Assembly (NCBI GenBank): GCA_951406725.2 | Contig: OX597816.1 | Location: 94,922,001-94,986,000 of the forward strand | Direction of reading: 5' to 3' | DNA from: Octopus vulgaris | Taxonomy: Eukaryota | Length of the DNA stretch: 64,000 bases | Part shown: in pieces, positions 1 through 13,254 of the stretch | Numbering within the stretch: the first letter of the stretch is position 1 | Layout: every line of letters starts with the position of its first letter | The notes under the pieces: generated by a model | Databases searched by the model: none | Told to the model about the DNA's origin: nothing | The model's input: only the letters and a program-made list of their open reading frames with translations | Position numbers and translations under genes: made by a program

Positions 1-68
1 ATCATATTCACAATTATATGCTAAAATATATGAATACAAATTGACACAAATCTAAGATTTTGTGTGTG

Positions 69-109
<41 letters not shown>

Positions 110-111
<2 letters not shown>

Positions 112-262
112 CTCTACTTGTTTTTTTCTGTGTCTCTTTCTGTAGAAGAGCGTAGGCTCAAAACGTAAAAGACTTTTTCTATTCCTGGGCATTATAGTAA
201 TACATCTGTTTGTTTTGTACACCACCTGTCTTCGTCTTTTGTTTTTTTCGTGAACTCTCCCT
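110..262 (+). mobile_element. Short PLE-type terminal repeat with decayed minimal hammerhead, between (TA)n tracts
   Basis: ttt-CTGTAGA-agagc gtag gctc-AAAAC-GTA-aaa at 137-170 follows the minimal HHR layout with two core substitutions; same layout as 43946-43978. Confidence 0.5.
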
Positions 263-1609
263 ATATATATATATATAAAGAGAGAAAGAGAGAGAGAGAC
301 ATTTATAAATACATATTTGCACATGCATCTGCACTTATATACATAGATACATATACGTGCAAGTTTGGACCCACATATAGGCAATGCATAAACACCTGTG
401 TATGTTTTTAAAATAGAAGAACGACATTTTAGTGGGAATTGGTTACTATTTCTAAGAGATTGGGTGACAAGTTAGAGGATTCTTCCCAGTCTTTTTGTCA
501 ACCAGCTAAATACCAAACATTTATTCAACCTGGACTAACCTGGGGTTACACAACACCAGCAAACTATCGATATGTAGTTTCTCACGTTAAAGTGAGTGTT
601 GACATAGACTAAACAAGTGTGTCAACATATTCTTATAAAATCAGGAAACCACATCATGATAGTGTGTATGTCTGTGGGTGTGTTATGTGTAGAACGTCAG
701 GTAAATGTGTGTGTGTGTTTCGTAGTGTACACATATCTATGTCTAAGGATATGTGCATCTGTGGATGGTATTAGTAGTATTTGTGCATTAAAGGACACTG
801 TGTAGGAGAAAGTGTGTGTGTGTGTGTGCGTGTGGGCGCGCATGTGGAATAATATTGACAATATATGTATGGACAATATTGGTAGCACTTGTGTGATTAT
901 GGATCGTGTTGCTAGTGTACATGGATGTATAAAAACGATATTGGAAGTGGAGATGATACTGAATGTCAGTGCTGTTATTGATCTGATTTAGCTCCAGATC
1001 AGCTTTGATTGAACAGCCCTATGGTCAGCGGTTTCAACCTACGACCACCTCGTCTTTTCAGAAGTATATCTAAGAAAACATACATTATCCAGTATGTCAT
1101 TTAGCATTCCTACGAGAGTCAAGTGTGGCTTGAGTGACATTTGGTTGCTATTTCTCGTCGATCGATAATGGATATGTATATGGAGAGTATTGGTAATGGA
1201 TAATAGAGATCGTCTATGTGTGTATACACACACACTCACACACATATATGTTCGTACGTATATAAAACATGCCAGTATGTTAGTGTGTGTGTGTTGATAC
1301 GTAAATAGATTCAAGCGTGTGTGATTCAGAATTTGTGTCAGTGCGTTTACAGATTATTTTGTATATTAAGTGCCGGAATTGAAAACTATGTCAACGAATG
1401 AATATTTACCGAAATTGACCAGTGAATTGCATTACAATACAGAAAAAGCAACTTATTATTTTTTTAATGTCACTGGAACATTAAATAAAAATGGAAATTT
1501 ATCAAAATTTGTATAATCTTTTGCCTAGAAAGATTTTAATTCGCGCAGTTGATAATCCGCGTCTGTGAGTGTGAATGACACTTGTTAGAATATACATAGA
1601 CATATCTAT

Positions 1610-1652
<43 letters not shown>

Positions 1653-1684
1653 CACACACATGTATATGTGTGTATGTATATGTC

Positions 1685-1749
<65 letters not shown>

Positions 1750-1870
1750 AGCACTAATTTAGATAATTATTTATTTAGATGAAAGCACTAAATAATCATC
1801 CAAAATTCTAACACATTTTCTCAAAATATAAAATCTGTACACCACTTTAAACAATCTAATGATAATATAT

Positions 1871-2100
1871 ATATGTGACAATTAGTTGGTTGTCATAATA
1901 AAACTCAGAGTTTCGGATACAGGGCCTGCAGTATGCTCCGGCATCTCATCAGTTATTAAGCGTTTTGTCTTAATAACTGATGAGATGCCGGATCAGTCTT
2001 CAGCCCTGGTATCCGAAACTAATTGTCACATATATTTATAGATAAATTCCCCTATTTTACATAATATCGAGGTCTCATTCATTCTTTTGTCGTCATATTA
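1871..2100. mobile_element. Fold-back PLE-type element with two inverted HHR cores
   Basis: ccggcatctcatcagttattaag / cttaataactgatgagatgccgg inverted repeat, with outer atatgtgacaattagtt / aactaattgtcacatat inverted repeat. Confidence 0.55.
1896..1958 (-). ncRNA. Type I hammerhead ribozyme motif (putative)
   Basis: Minus strand: UAAUAA-CUGAUGA-gaugccgg..ccuguauc c-GAAAC-ucuga-GUU-UUAUUA. Both core strands intact, 6-bp stem I, stem II and short stem III present, NUH=GUU. Confidence 0.7.
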
Positions 2101-2317
2101 TTATTATTATTAATACACACACAGATCATTTATTTGATACTAAGTCTACGTTACTTTGTGTAACTACTCAAGCAAACACAGTTTCCACTTTACTTAAAAT
2201 ATCGACTGCTTTTTCCATTTCACTGCAAATCACATCAACTGAGAATTCATGTATCTGTCTCTATGTCTGTATGTAGGCAATGTCATTGTAAACCTTCTGC
2301 ACGTTAAATACATACAC

Positions 2318-2459
2318 ACATACGCAATTTTTGCAAGTAAAAGGTTGACAGTAGCTTCGAAGTTTCATCTGGTAAGCTGAAATATCACATAGTCTGATGA
2401 CGATTGTAAACTGAAACTCCGAAGTCAGTCAACCTTTTGTAAACAGAAAATCTGTATGT
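2318..2459. repeat. Inverted repeat with degenerate HHR core
   Basis: aaaaggttgac..cttcgaagtttca / tgaaactccgaag..gtcaacctttt; CTGATGA at 2394-2400 followed by GAAAC..GTC, but stems I and II pair poorly. Confidence 0.45.
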
Positions 2460-2619
2460 ACTTTACTGAAACGTATTTAATGAACCTTCAATTTTGTTAA
2501 ATTGTTTCTGTATATAACGTCACATAAAAACAAAACAAACTGTGTTTGTAGGTGTAAATGTATGCGAAAGAAGTATAAAAGAGAAAGAAGGAAGACTGAT
2601 ATATAATATATATATATAT

Positions 2620-2650
<31 letters not shown>

Positions 2651-2848
2651 AAAACGCCGTAGAGCAGAGGTGCGGCTACGGAAGACGCGAGCTGTTACTT
2701 TGACCAGGTGAGCTCAGAAAGAGTATATCTATTATTAAGAGCTTTCCAGCCATGACCTTCCCATCAGTTTTTCTCTGGACAGCTATGTCAAGGACTGTCC
2801 AATGTAACTTATATATAATTTTTTTAATGGCTATTATTAAAAACATTA

Positions 2849-3074
2849 AGGCAGGGAGCAGGCAGAATCATTACCGCATCGGACAAAATGTTTATTGGAA
2901 TTTCGTCCGTCTTTACTCTCGGAGTTCAAATTCTGCTGGGGTCGACTTTGCCTATCATCCTTTCTGGGTTCGATGAAATACATACTAGTTAAGTACGGGA
3001 GTCCATATAATCGACTAGCCCCTTTCATCTTTGCCCCCAAATTTCAGGTCTAGTGCCTATAGTAGAAAGGATTA
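2849..3074 (+). mobile_element. SINE family B copy
   Basis: ggcagaa..ggagttcaaattctgctggggtcgactttgcc..: B-box-like GTTCAAAT; multiple homologous copies in the window. Confidence 0.75.
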
Positions 3075-3947
3075 TGAAAAGCTTTCCAGCTATGACCATC
3101 CCATACTTTTTTTCTCCGGACAAGAATATTAAGGAATACACAGTCCAATAAACCTTGTGTGTGTATGTATGTGTGTGGTTATTATTAAAAGCATTCCGGC
3201 TTTGACCATTCCATTTTTTGATTTTGTTTTCTCCGAACAAGTATATCAAAGACTACATTGTCCAGTGTATCATATTTGTTAATGGATGAGCGTGAATGGA
3301 GATGGGGTGTGATGAACGCAGGTTGGTACAAAAATCCGAAACCTATCAAATAAATAATACATCATAGAAAAATAAATGAAAAATAATAGAAAAAAATCGC
3401 TGACACAGATCACTAACAATGTTGTGAAGCCAACTAGGAAGCTTCGACGCGGTCGCATGACCTGTCAGAAATATAAGTCAAATCACACCTTCACCGTCTT
3501 AAAAAAAAAAGAGAAGGACATTGGATAATGTAAGTCTCGAGAAATAACAAAATAAAAAAGGGAGGGGTGGCCATTGCTGGAATGTCATTCATAATACGTT
3601 TGTTCGATCGGGGAAGACACGGGGCTAAATAACAACTACTAACAATGCTGCTAAGCGAAAAATTCGACGGCCAGGAGAAATATTAAGATAAATATATTTA
3701 GCTTTAGATCACTATATACCATTTTCTACAAAGCTACACCTTCTCATTCAGAAATCCGATCAGCAACAGTAGAAGACAGATCGAACTGGAAATAGTAGTA
3801 GGCCTATATAATGAATAAACAGCTATGATACTGTCCTCGAAGGATACCAGTAAGAGAAATAGGTATTATTTTAGAGGTTTTAATGAAATTTTAGCGAACG
3901 TATAAATAGCAAAAAGCCAGGGACAGAGTAAAAGAAAAATAACTAAC

Positions 3948-4156
3948 CTGTCAGTCTGTCAATGCAATGTATGGATGGCTACGTCGTCTGTCAGGTTGGT
4001 ATGCTAAGTAGTTACGTCACAGTATTGCACTGCCATCTATCGGCCGTTCGATCATATCGATAGAGGAAAAAGAAACATGCAACTAAAGCTGATCAGGAGC
4101 AGACAACTGCAGCAAAATCGATCCTCCTAATCAGGGTTTGTTGTGTGATGCGTCAG
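3948..4156 (-). other. Candidate non-coding (5'UTR) exon of a minus-strand gene
   Basis: Long pyrimidine tract ending ctgcag| on the minus strand, donor CAG|gttagt at 3948/3947; all ATG frames I checked close quickly. Confidence 0.4.
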
Positions 4157-4803
4157 CTGCAGTGGGAGGGAGGCGGAAACAGGAGAATGGTGGGGAGGGG
4201 GGGGGAGGAGAAAGAAGAAAACGAAATGAAAAAAGGTGACAGGTGAGAAGGAGAATAATAGACAGTAAAGCGGGGCAAAGATGATGTGTGGCGATGGTAG
4301 GTAGTAGGATCGAACACGCGATGTGATTCGTAGTCGCACGTGACGACTGCACAAAGTAATTCGAGAATTCCCTGCCTGACCATCTTCGATCTATCAACAA
4401 ACCCACCTTTATTTTTATATTTATATTTACACACGAAACGACAGAAAAATATCAGAGCCGTACATTTGCGCAGACATTACATAGAAATATGCATACGTAT
4501 ACACATATATATCTTCTTACGTAGGTACTCACAAATACACTACAAATGTATGTATACATAGATAAACAGACAGACAGATAGATAGATGACACACATATAT
4601 CTAATTTATTCACTTGAATACGAAGATTCTTTCTTGTCCCTGCTCTGAATTTCCTGCCTTTAATGCGTTTGCTCATACATTCGTTCTCTGTTGCCTGAAC
4701 GAACGCACACAAGTGGTAAACTCGGAATTGCGGCAGAGTGAATCTTCAGCTTCGAACTCTTAAATATATTTTACCTTATACTTGGGGTACTTCCCCCACT
4801 CAC

Positions 4804-4980
4804 CGTTTGTACACTTGTGTGTATATATAAACGTATTCTCATTTATATACTTTTTTGTTGTTTCTAGAAGTTGTCATTTAGGAAATGATTATTTGCCGTC
4901 ATTGAGAGGGTAATTTTTGGAAGAGATTCTCCAAGTCATAGGAAAAGAAAAGTGTATTCCCCCCACCGCAGTATTCTAGT
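4804..4980 (-). other. Candidate first exon (5' end uncertain)
   Basis: Consensus donor ACG|gtgagt at 4804/4803 inside the CpG-rich zone; only short ORFs. Confidence 0.35.
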
Positions 4981-5154
4981 GTCATACAACGAAATTTGTG
5001 ACTGAAAACAATTGTTTTCTAAGCATTTTAATTTAATTTTCTTTTCTTCTTTTTTTTTCCACACTTTTACCTCCTTTTGTATCTTTTTTTTTCTTCTTCC
5101 CAATGAGATTTCGCAGATCGATTTTTCAGAAACTCCACCGTAATTTCAATTAAT

Positions 5155-5330
5155 AGTTTCTAATTTTGTCACAAGGCCAGCAGTTTTAGGGAAGGGGTAA
5201 ATCGATGTCATCGACCCCAATATTCGATTGGTACTTATTTTATCAGAAAGAATGATAGGCAAAGTCGATCTCGGCGGAATTTGAAATCAGAACATAAAGA
5301 GGTGCTAACAATTCCTCAACCTCGCCACCC
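5155..5330 (-). mobile_element. SINE family B copy (CpGs retained)
   Basis: Reverse complement of family B (aaagtcgatctcggcggaatttgaa). Confidence 0.75.
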
Positions 5331-6301
5331 TCGCAATTTCAAATAATATAAACATTAGTTAACTACATCAAATATGTCAGAAACCACTTTACTGTTACAA
5401 GGAAAAGAAAACCAATGAATGACCATGTAGAATTTCATTCCCTGACTCTATATGCTGGGAATGATATGTATATATAACAGGTCCGCTACAGATAACATCA
5501 TCAACATTCTCTCGATGGCGCCATAACGTTTCTATCCTAGCATCATGTGCAGGATCAGAGTTCAACCTTAATTATGTTTTGTACAAAGCAATGATAGAAC
5601 ATTGATTATCATAGGTCTGCTCCATCAAAGATGACCTGGAGGCTAAATGACATTGGTTCCATAAGTATAATAATTATCGTTTTAACGTCCGCTTTTCCAT
5701 GCTTGCATGGGTCGGATGGAATTTGTTGAATGCCCTTTCTGACGCCAATCTTCACCTGTTTCCAAGTATGGTGAAATTTCCTCATGACCAGACGTTTTCA
5801 TAAAGGAACAGAAACAGAGGACTGCATCTGCATAAAGGTGACACTTATTTACAACTAACCCGTGATGTCAAGGCAAGGAGATAGTAACACACACACACAC
5901 ACAAATAAATACACACACTCATAATTTAATTCGTCCTTAGTCGAAAGACACCTGTTGTTATGTCCTGTTGTTATTTTTATTGTATTTTTTATTGCATTTA
6001 TATTTGTGTAACATTGTCCGTTTTTTCCGTCCTTGTTTTTGTATACATTCGCTGCTTTCTTCCAAGGAATCTAATGTTTTTAGCATAGTTTTTCCTTGGG
6101 GCTGACCAGATTGGAGCAATCTCAAGAATAATCAGCCAAAATTGCAAGAATAATCTGGTGTTTGACTGAAGAAAGACAACTTCGAATGACCCGTCCTTGT
6201 TTTCTTTGTACCGTCTATCTGTTTGTTTTGTCCCTTTTTGCATCACTTAGCTGTCTGGATGGTATGCGTTCTTGTCCCATTTTGTATTTATATATGTATA
6301 T

Positions 6302-6590
6302 AAAAAAGCACCATCCGAACGTGGCCGATGCCAGCGCCGCCTAGACTGGCTTCTGTGTCAGTGGCATGTAAAAAGCACCAATCAATCGTGGCCACTGCCA
6401 GCCTCCCCAGGCACCTGTGCCGGTGGCACGTAAAAAGCACCCACTACACTCACGGAGTGGTTGGTGTTAGGAAGGGCATCCAGCAGTAGAAACACTGCCA
6501 GATCAGACTGGAGCCTGGTGCAGCCTCCTGGCTTCCCAGACCCCAGTCGAACCCGTGCTAGCACAGAAAACGGACGTTAAATGATGATGA
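6302..6590 (+). mobile_element. RTE 3'-tail / RTE-dependent SINE (family C)
   Basis: aaaagcacccactacactc..ggaagggcatccagc..ggacgttaaatgatgatga; the same tail follows the RTE ORF end at 35700-36541. Confidence 0.75.
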
Positions 6591-6891
6591 TATATATACA
6601 ATGGAATTCCTTCAGTTCCCCCTACCAAATTTATAAGTGCCATGCATTTCTGGCATCCCATCTTTGCACTATGTTTTCACTTATTTGGGTGTCTAGGGAA
6701 GGTTTCAAAGGCTAGACCCATAGTTAAAAACAGAATAAAAAACTTTAAACTGTTAAATCAAAAGATATTAAAATGAAAATCATAGAGAAACTGCACTGGT
6801 ATTATAGAAAGTTTGCAATTGCAATGGTTATTAATTGATGGTGTAGAAACATGTGTAGGTCTATATGAAGCTGTATATATATGTGTGTGTG

Positions 6892-6949
<58 letters not shown>

Positions 6950-7471
6950 AAGAGGAATTAAAGGTAATGCTAATGTTACTTTGTAATAATCCTTATTATT
7001 ACTATTATTATTATATATGTGTGTGTGTATTCTGACAAAGCCCTCTGGCCTCTGTTCTTGTCAAACTGTCCAACCCACACCAGCATGGAAAAGAGGATGT
7101 TAAATGATGATGATATATGTATATGTGTGTGTGTGTGTGCATATATATGAGGGAGACAAATTGTGGACACATGGTATTTCAAATGAGAAATACATATAGC
7201 CGTTTAAATATTGAAGCACAATCAGAATGTTTTCTTAATTTACTTGTCTTTAGAAATCTTAGTGAAGGAGTTGTTAACTGCAATATTAGGACTAATTAAA
7301 TATAGTATTTCTGAGGAATTACTTCAATGTCTTTATTGTTATTTTTACTATTTAATGTTCTATCACACTGATTTATTTAAACTAAACAATGTTTTTGTGC
7401 TAACTATTAATAAAGTAAAACAAAACAAAAAAGAATATTTATTTAAAAAACAAACAAACAAAAACCCAGAA

Positions 7472-7737
7472 TCTCTCTATATATAAATGGCAAAATGTCT
7501 GTGTGCGTGTCCTTTATACAAATCCACAATTTTTCAGTTAGAGGGCTCGCACTTTCTATGGTCATTCAAAACCGTCCAAGGGTGGTCGTGCACATCTTTA
7601 CATTTCCCCAGTCACCTCGCAAAGCCATTAAAAAATCAATAGAAGTGACTTTTTTGTGAATTTTCTATCCAACACCCAATTAAAATGCCTGAAACTTGAT
7701 ACGCCATTTGAATGCCGTTGCCAGGTCATAGTGCTAG
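7472..7737 (+). mobile_element. Non-autonomous Helitron
   Basis: A|TCtctctatatataa ... CTAG|T: 5' TC, 3' CTAG, inserted in an AT dinucleotide, no TSD. Confidence 0.7.
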
Positions 7738-7759
7738 TCATTCTTGCAAATATTTGATA

Positions 7760-8148
7760 GGCGTAGGAGTGGCTGTGTGGTAAGTAGCTTGCTTACCAAC
7801 CACATGGTCCCGGGTTTAGTCCCACTGCGTGGCACCTTGGGCAGGTGTCTTTTACTATAGCCTCGGGCCGACCAAAGCCTTGTGAGTGGATTTGGTAGAT
7901 GGAAACTGAAAGAAGCCTGTCGTATATATGTATATATATATATGTATGTGTGTGTTTGTGTGTCTGTGTTTGTCCCCCCAACATCACTTGACAACTGATG
8001 CTGGTGTGTTTACGTCCCCGTAACTTAGCGGTTCGGCAAAAGAGACCGATAGAATAAGTACTAGGCTTCCAAAGAATAAGTCCTAAAAAGGCGGTGCTCC
8101 AGCATGGCCGCAGTCAAATGACTGAAACAAGTAAAAGAGTAAAAGAGT
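7760..8148 (+). mobile_element. tRNA-derived SINE family A (near full length)
   Basis: A-box TGGCTGTGTGG, B-box-like GTTTAGTCC, ccttgggca core, internal (TA)(TG) tract and aaagagt tail; near-identical to 16750-17144. Confidence 0.85.
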
Positions 8149-9435
8149 CAAAATGTATATACTACTGCATATACATAGAACAAAATAAATTGGATTGTTT
8201 TGTTTTAGTTTTGTGAAATTTCTATTTGAGAATTTAAAGTAAAAGACAATCATTTGTTATTCTGGGTTTTGTGTAAATCATGACTAACAATAAAAATAAA
8301 AAATAAAAATAAACCCTAGCATTTTCATTTCAAGAAGTTTGGAAATTCTTGAAGCTTTTGATATTTTGGAAGAAAAAAATGAAATTGCTATAATCCTAAG
8401 ACAGCTGATTAGAGCATAATTTGTTTATTTTTTCATTATAAGTTTAATGTATTTTTATCATTTGTACCCATTCCTCACATTTATGTCTGCTAATGAACAC
8501 ACCCATATATTCTCATGTTTGTTTTGTCTGTAACTGGTGTAACCCCCTTTTCTTTCTTTTCTCTTGTTTCCCCTGTCACTTTCTTCTTTGATTTCTTCCA
8601 TTGCCAGCTAGCCACTTCCTACTTCTTTTGTGATCAGTGATCTTTCTTTTATATTTCAGATCCTCTAGCAAGCACATATATTCTTTTTTCATCTATTATT
8701 TTGCTCAAGGACTTTGTCCATCATTTATTATGCATTTTGTTTCTCTTTTGCATTGCACTTGTACTATTGCTTTGTGTCCATTTGTTTTGTTATATTTGCT
8801 TGGTAATGTTTCATTTCTATCATAAAACATTTATGTTTTATTTAATTTCATTATAAGAATACTTTTATGAGCTACATTTTTCTATTTTTGTCCCACTTAC
8901 TAGTCTTAACTAAACATTCATTTTCATGTTATCTAGGTTCCAGTCACTAGGATTCAACTATCTGTTTTTGTACCTTGTCTCCATTATATCTATTGCTTAA
9001 CAATCATATCCAATGGTTGTTGACTTTCCTAGGGTATGCAGTTCTGTCTGAGGTGTCAACTGCTATAATCCTGAGTGAGACAGCTGATGAAGACTTGATT
9101 TTCACTAAATGCAAGCATCTGGATAAATTTCTGTTATCTATCTGGAAAACACCAACTTCCCTCTATTAAGCATGCAGTCTCACAGACTTTAACTGTTCTC
9201 TGTCGAGTTAACTATATCAACCATTATTAATTCCCATGCTAATGAACCCAAGGGACACAACTCTTATATCTATTCTTTCCATGCCCATTTTCTTGTTCCC
9301 TTTTTCATTTACTTTTTTCTTCTAAATTCTTTCTCATTTTGCTATGTTGTAATTTGAGCCTGGATGATTGCCCAATAATACATGGCATGCTAAATTCTGT
9401 GTATAATAAATCACACACACACGTACACACACACA

Positions 9436-9470
<35 letters not shown>

Positions 9471-9570
9471 GCTAGGCTTGTGGCATAATGGATTATGTGT
9501 CCGACTGTGGATCAGTATATAAGTATTAATAGATTGGACGTTAAACGATGATGATGATGATGATACATAC

Positions 9571-9759
9571 ACCACAAATTTGAAACACAAACACAAATTG
9601 GCATGAGATTTATTTCCATCTGAATGAGGTAAGAACCTTGATCCACAGCCTGGAGCAAGTGAAGATGAGGAGGCACTTTGAACCTTAGCAGTATTCATCA
9701 CTGTTGGATAGATGTTATCTGATGATGATGACGATGTCTTGTGTATATTGTTATATAGA
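9571..9759 (-). CDS. Candidate internal coding exon of an unidentified gene (Ser-rich)
   Basis: Acceptor ttttgttttgatttacag|, donor |gtatgt, 189 nt (multiple of 3, phase 2-2), open frame LYNNIHKTSSSSSDNIYPTVMNTAKVQSASSSSLAPGCGSRFLPHSDGNKSHANLCLCFKFV. No homologue recognised. Confidence 0.4.
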
Positions 9760-12700
9760 CTGTAAATCAAAACAAAATATCTTACTTTTGGTGTTTTCTG
9801 TTCCTCGCTGTTATCACAACAGATTACATCAAGTTATTTTCCAGTATTTGCAGTTGTTGTAAGTTGTAATTATATTATAACATGCTGCCACTGAGGAGTA
9901 GAAAGTGGATTTAAATGATATCTGGTTCTGTTTTGAGCAAAAGAAAATGATAAATAAATGATACATGCTGTGAAACATAGTAATGACTGTATTTACATGA
10001 AGATAAATCAGCTGACAGTTGGATAGAAAGTTTCTAGCAAAGTATTATGTTCGTGATTTAAAGCTGGCACATTTTGTAAATGAAAAAGAAAAAAGGAAAA
10101 CATTTAATTTTCTCTTTAAATGTTGGTACTTAGCATGAATTGTCTGTATAGTGACTCTTGAAAGTTACTTAAGAATCATATAAAACAGCACATAAAATAC
10201 TGAAATACTGTTAAATTGACTTTTTCAAGTATCACAGAGTCAACTGTTTTACTGTGGAAGTCAAATATATCCACTCAAAATTTCATTACCCTTAACTGTG
10301 GTAGCAGTTTTATATACATATCTGTCTTTTGTGGAGAAATGTCACGTTTGAAAATATTTTTTGTTGGGATGTCAAGTTTTCTGCAAGATGACTTGCAGAA
10401 AATACTAATTCCGTTTTTGATAGATATTTAACAGCATTACTGGAATAAACATGAAATTAAATTTTGCACTGAAAGGATAAACAAATCCTTATGATCAACC
10501 TACAGAACACAGTTTTGAGTTAGTTTGGTTGTATAAATTTTATTTCATGTTATTAATGTTCTAAGACAAATAAAGAAAAAAGAAAAAAAATGAATGTCAC
10601 AATCTCATTTTCCTTTTTCAATAAACTGATAAAAACAAATGCAAATTAATTATAACTTTGTTGTTTACATATTTTCTAATTTGTTAGTCAGAGGAAGGAG
10701 CTATATTTTCAAGCCCCACTTAACTGGAAGTCAAGGATGACTGAGTAAATTTAAAATGGCTAATGTTCAGCTTGAACTATCATAGATTTTATGGAGGAAA
10801 ACAGGAAATGAGTGGGAGGGAATTTTACAGTGTGGTAGTTCTGGAGAAAATGGATCTGGTATTATATCAAACGAAGGACTTAGTTTTGAGGCTGAGACAT
10901 ACCCCAGGCAACTAGTGGAGAAATAGGGGCAGTGAACATATCTAAGTGAAGTTAGTACATAATTGGAAAATTTAGTGTAGTATAGACTATTGTCTTGTGA
11001 AAAGAGTATGTGGGGAAAACACAGCTTGATGGTGGGTAAATGTTTGTTGAAGTTTGGTGATTAATATCTTGCTAGTCAGATGAAGGGTATTTCTTCTAAA
11101 GTTTAATGTATCTGCATGAATAGTGTAGAGCATATTTGTACTTTGTATATATTATTAGTTACAGCTGAATGTTAATTACTTTCTGGCCTTGAAAAGGAAT
11201 TTCCATAATTGAAACCCAATCTTGGTTATATGAAAGATCATCAAACATTGTGTCATGTTGTTGTAACTGTACAATACAATGTTTATTTAATGACAACCCT
11301 TATTTGTTGATGACATCATGGTGATTAGCATAATCATTCTAGTAACTACTCACTAAAATTCATTAATGTAAACCAACATTAAAGGGTTTATCCTTGTAAA
11401 ACTGTAGCCATATGTTATCCTGTACCTCCGGAAGTCTTATTCAAATAACTACGCAAGCATTCTGATATTAAACTGGTAGTCACGTTAATCATGTAACCAT
11501 CAAGCTGAGTCACAAGATATGATAGGCATGTTCAAAGCATGCAATGCTACAATATTATTTGCATAATGGTAATATCACCCGCAAATGAATTGTTTTAACC
11601 CCTTTCCTTATTTGAGAACTATAACTAATATCATTTGCAATGTTTGTTCCTGTCTCAATTATCAAATCATAATTTTCATTAATAGAAGCTAAAATATTGC
11701 TCGAAGCTTGAGTGAGTGATTCTGTCTGTTCACTATTAATATTTGTATTGTTTATTTGACTTAACTAATATAACCTGTTCACCCTCAATAATCTATAACT
11801 GTTCATCCAGATCAATTGCTTTAATTATTTTGAAAATCTTTTTTCAATATACCTAAAGAATATTATCCTTCACAGTCTCCAATTTTGTATTTTCAATTTT
11901 TATAACATCACTTTCTACAAAATAGATGAAAAACCAAAAAAAAATCATCTTCAGCATCATCATTGTCATCGCCATCATCATCGTCGTCGTCGTATTTATC
12001 CAAACCAACATTATTAATAAATTCAAGTTGAGATTATGTATTGTTTGATATTTTTAGATCTTTATATTTCAGAGATTTCATAATCAAATGCTGTTATGTA
12101 TTATTCTTATCATGTAATAAATGAAGATATTACTCTCAGTAACCCACAATTGTTGTTAAAAAATAAAGGAGATTCATCATTTCTTCTGCATTGATACCAA
12201 ACAACAAGAACTGCAGTTTCATTAGATACTTTTAATAGTGGTAAACATTTGTCTACCCATCAAAGCAGATGAATTAAGAAGTCTGCTTGAATGAGGGACT
12301 GTTCTATAATTCAAAAGTATGCAGCTCAAAATTTACTAGGTGAATATGTTTTCAATCCTATTTTAATACCAGTCATCTTTTTGCAGCAATCCCATTTCAA
12401 ACAGAATGATATGGAAGTGCTTACATTCAATTTAAGTAATTTACATGAATTATAACCATGAAATTCATAGGCATGAGACACCATTTTTTATGAAATACTG
12501 TTTCTGAAAAACACAAGCTCTTAATATATGCCTAGCCTTTTCTCCTTCCTTCTTCATCACTTTTGTTATTTTTAGTCACTCAGAGAGTGCATGAACAATT
12601 ATTAAGAACAATCCTGATACTTCATCACCCCTGTTTTTATTTTTCAGCTCCATCAGATTGCTCCTACTTTCTCCTCTATAATGTGAATAATCTTGTAATT

Positions 12701-13174
12701 CCTCTACACTAAGAAACCTGTTCTGCTTCTGGCCCTTTCTCTAATGCTTTACTCCTCTCTACTCCTTATCTCCTAGCATAAATCTCCCTGTAAAGTTGGT
12801 GTTAGTAGTTTTGCAAGCTGCATAGTGACCTCACTAGGATGGTGGGTGGGGGAATAGAAAGACATCCAGAACATGTTGTAAAGGGGTTGGTGTTAAGAAG
12901 GGCATCCAGCCATAGATATCATGCCAAAGCAGACACTGGAGCATGATACAGTCCTTGGGTTCATTTGATTCTATCAAGCTGTCCAAATCATCCTAGCATG
13001 GAATGTTGGACATTAAATATTGATAATTAATCTTAAATTTTAGACATGTACATTATTCTTATGCATGTGTAGCCATGTTTTAATGCCTTCAGATCAGATT
13101 ATGTGTATGAGACCACTTTTGTTTTACATTATTTATAATCGACAGATAGGTATCCTCATCTTGTTTGTTGTTAT

Positions 13175-13216
13175 CACAACGTTTCAGCTGATGTACTCTC
13201 TAGCCTTCATCAGGTG
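13175..13216 (-). ncRNA. Minimal type I hammerhead motif
   Basis: CAC-CUGAUGA-aggcu..agcu-GAAAC-GUU-GUG with palindromic ACGU stem III, as in PLE minimal HHRs thought to act as dimers. Confidence 0.7.
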
Positions 13217-13254
13217 TTCTGGCGGAGTTTTGAACCCAACCCATAGAAGAGAAT

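Larger units (their letters stand above)
3850..5000. promoter_or_regulatory. CpG-retaining promoter-like region
   Basis: Non-repetitive sequence with many intact CpGs, a GA-rich tract (4162-4260) and CACGTG/TGACG-like motifs (4337-4346), next to minus-strand splice donors. Confidence 0.5.

Noticed and set aside
4127-4434. Three overlapping minus ORFs in the promoter-like region
   Set aside because: Open because a purine-rich low-complexity tract lacks stop codons; non-ATG starts and biased F/P/S composition.
7760-7835. tRNA gene
   Set aside because: A/B boxes belong to a multi-copy SINE head; no proper cloverleaf or acceptor stem. The same holds for 13626-13692.
9075-9120. Additional CTGATGA/CTGAAGA motifs (also ~6165, ~20772, ~49521)
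   Set aside because: No properly placed GAAA/NUH or pairing stems; at best very decayed remnants.
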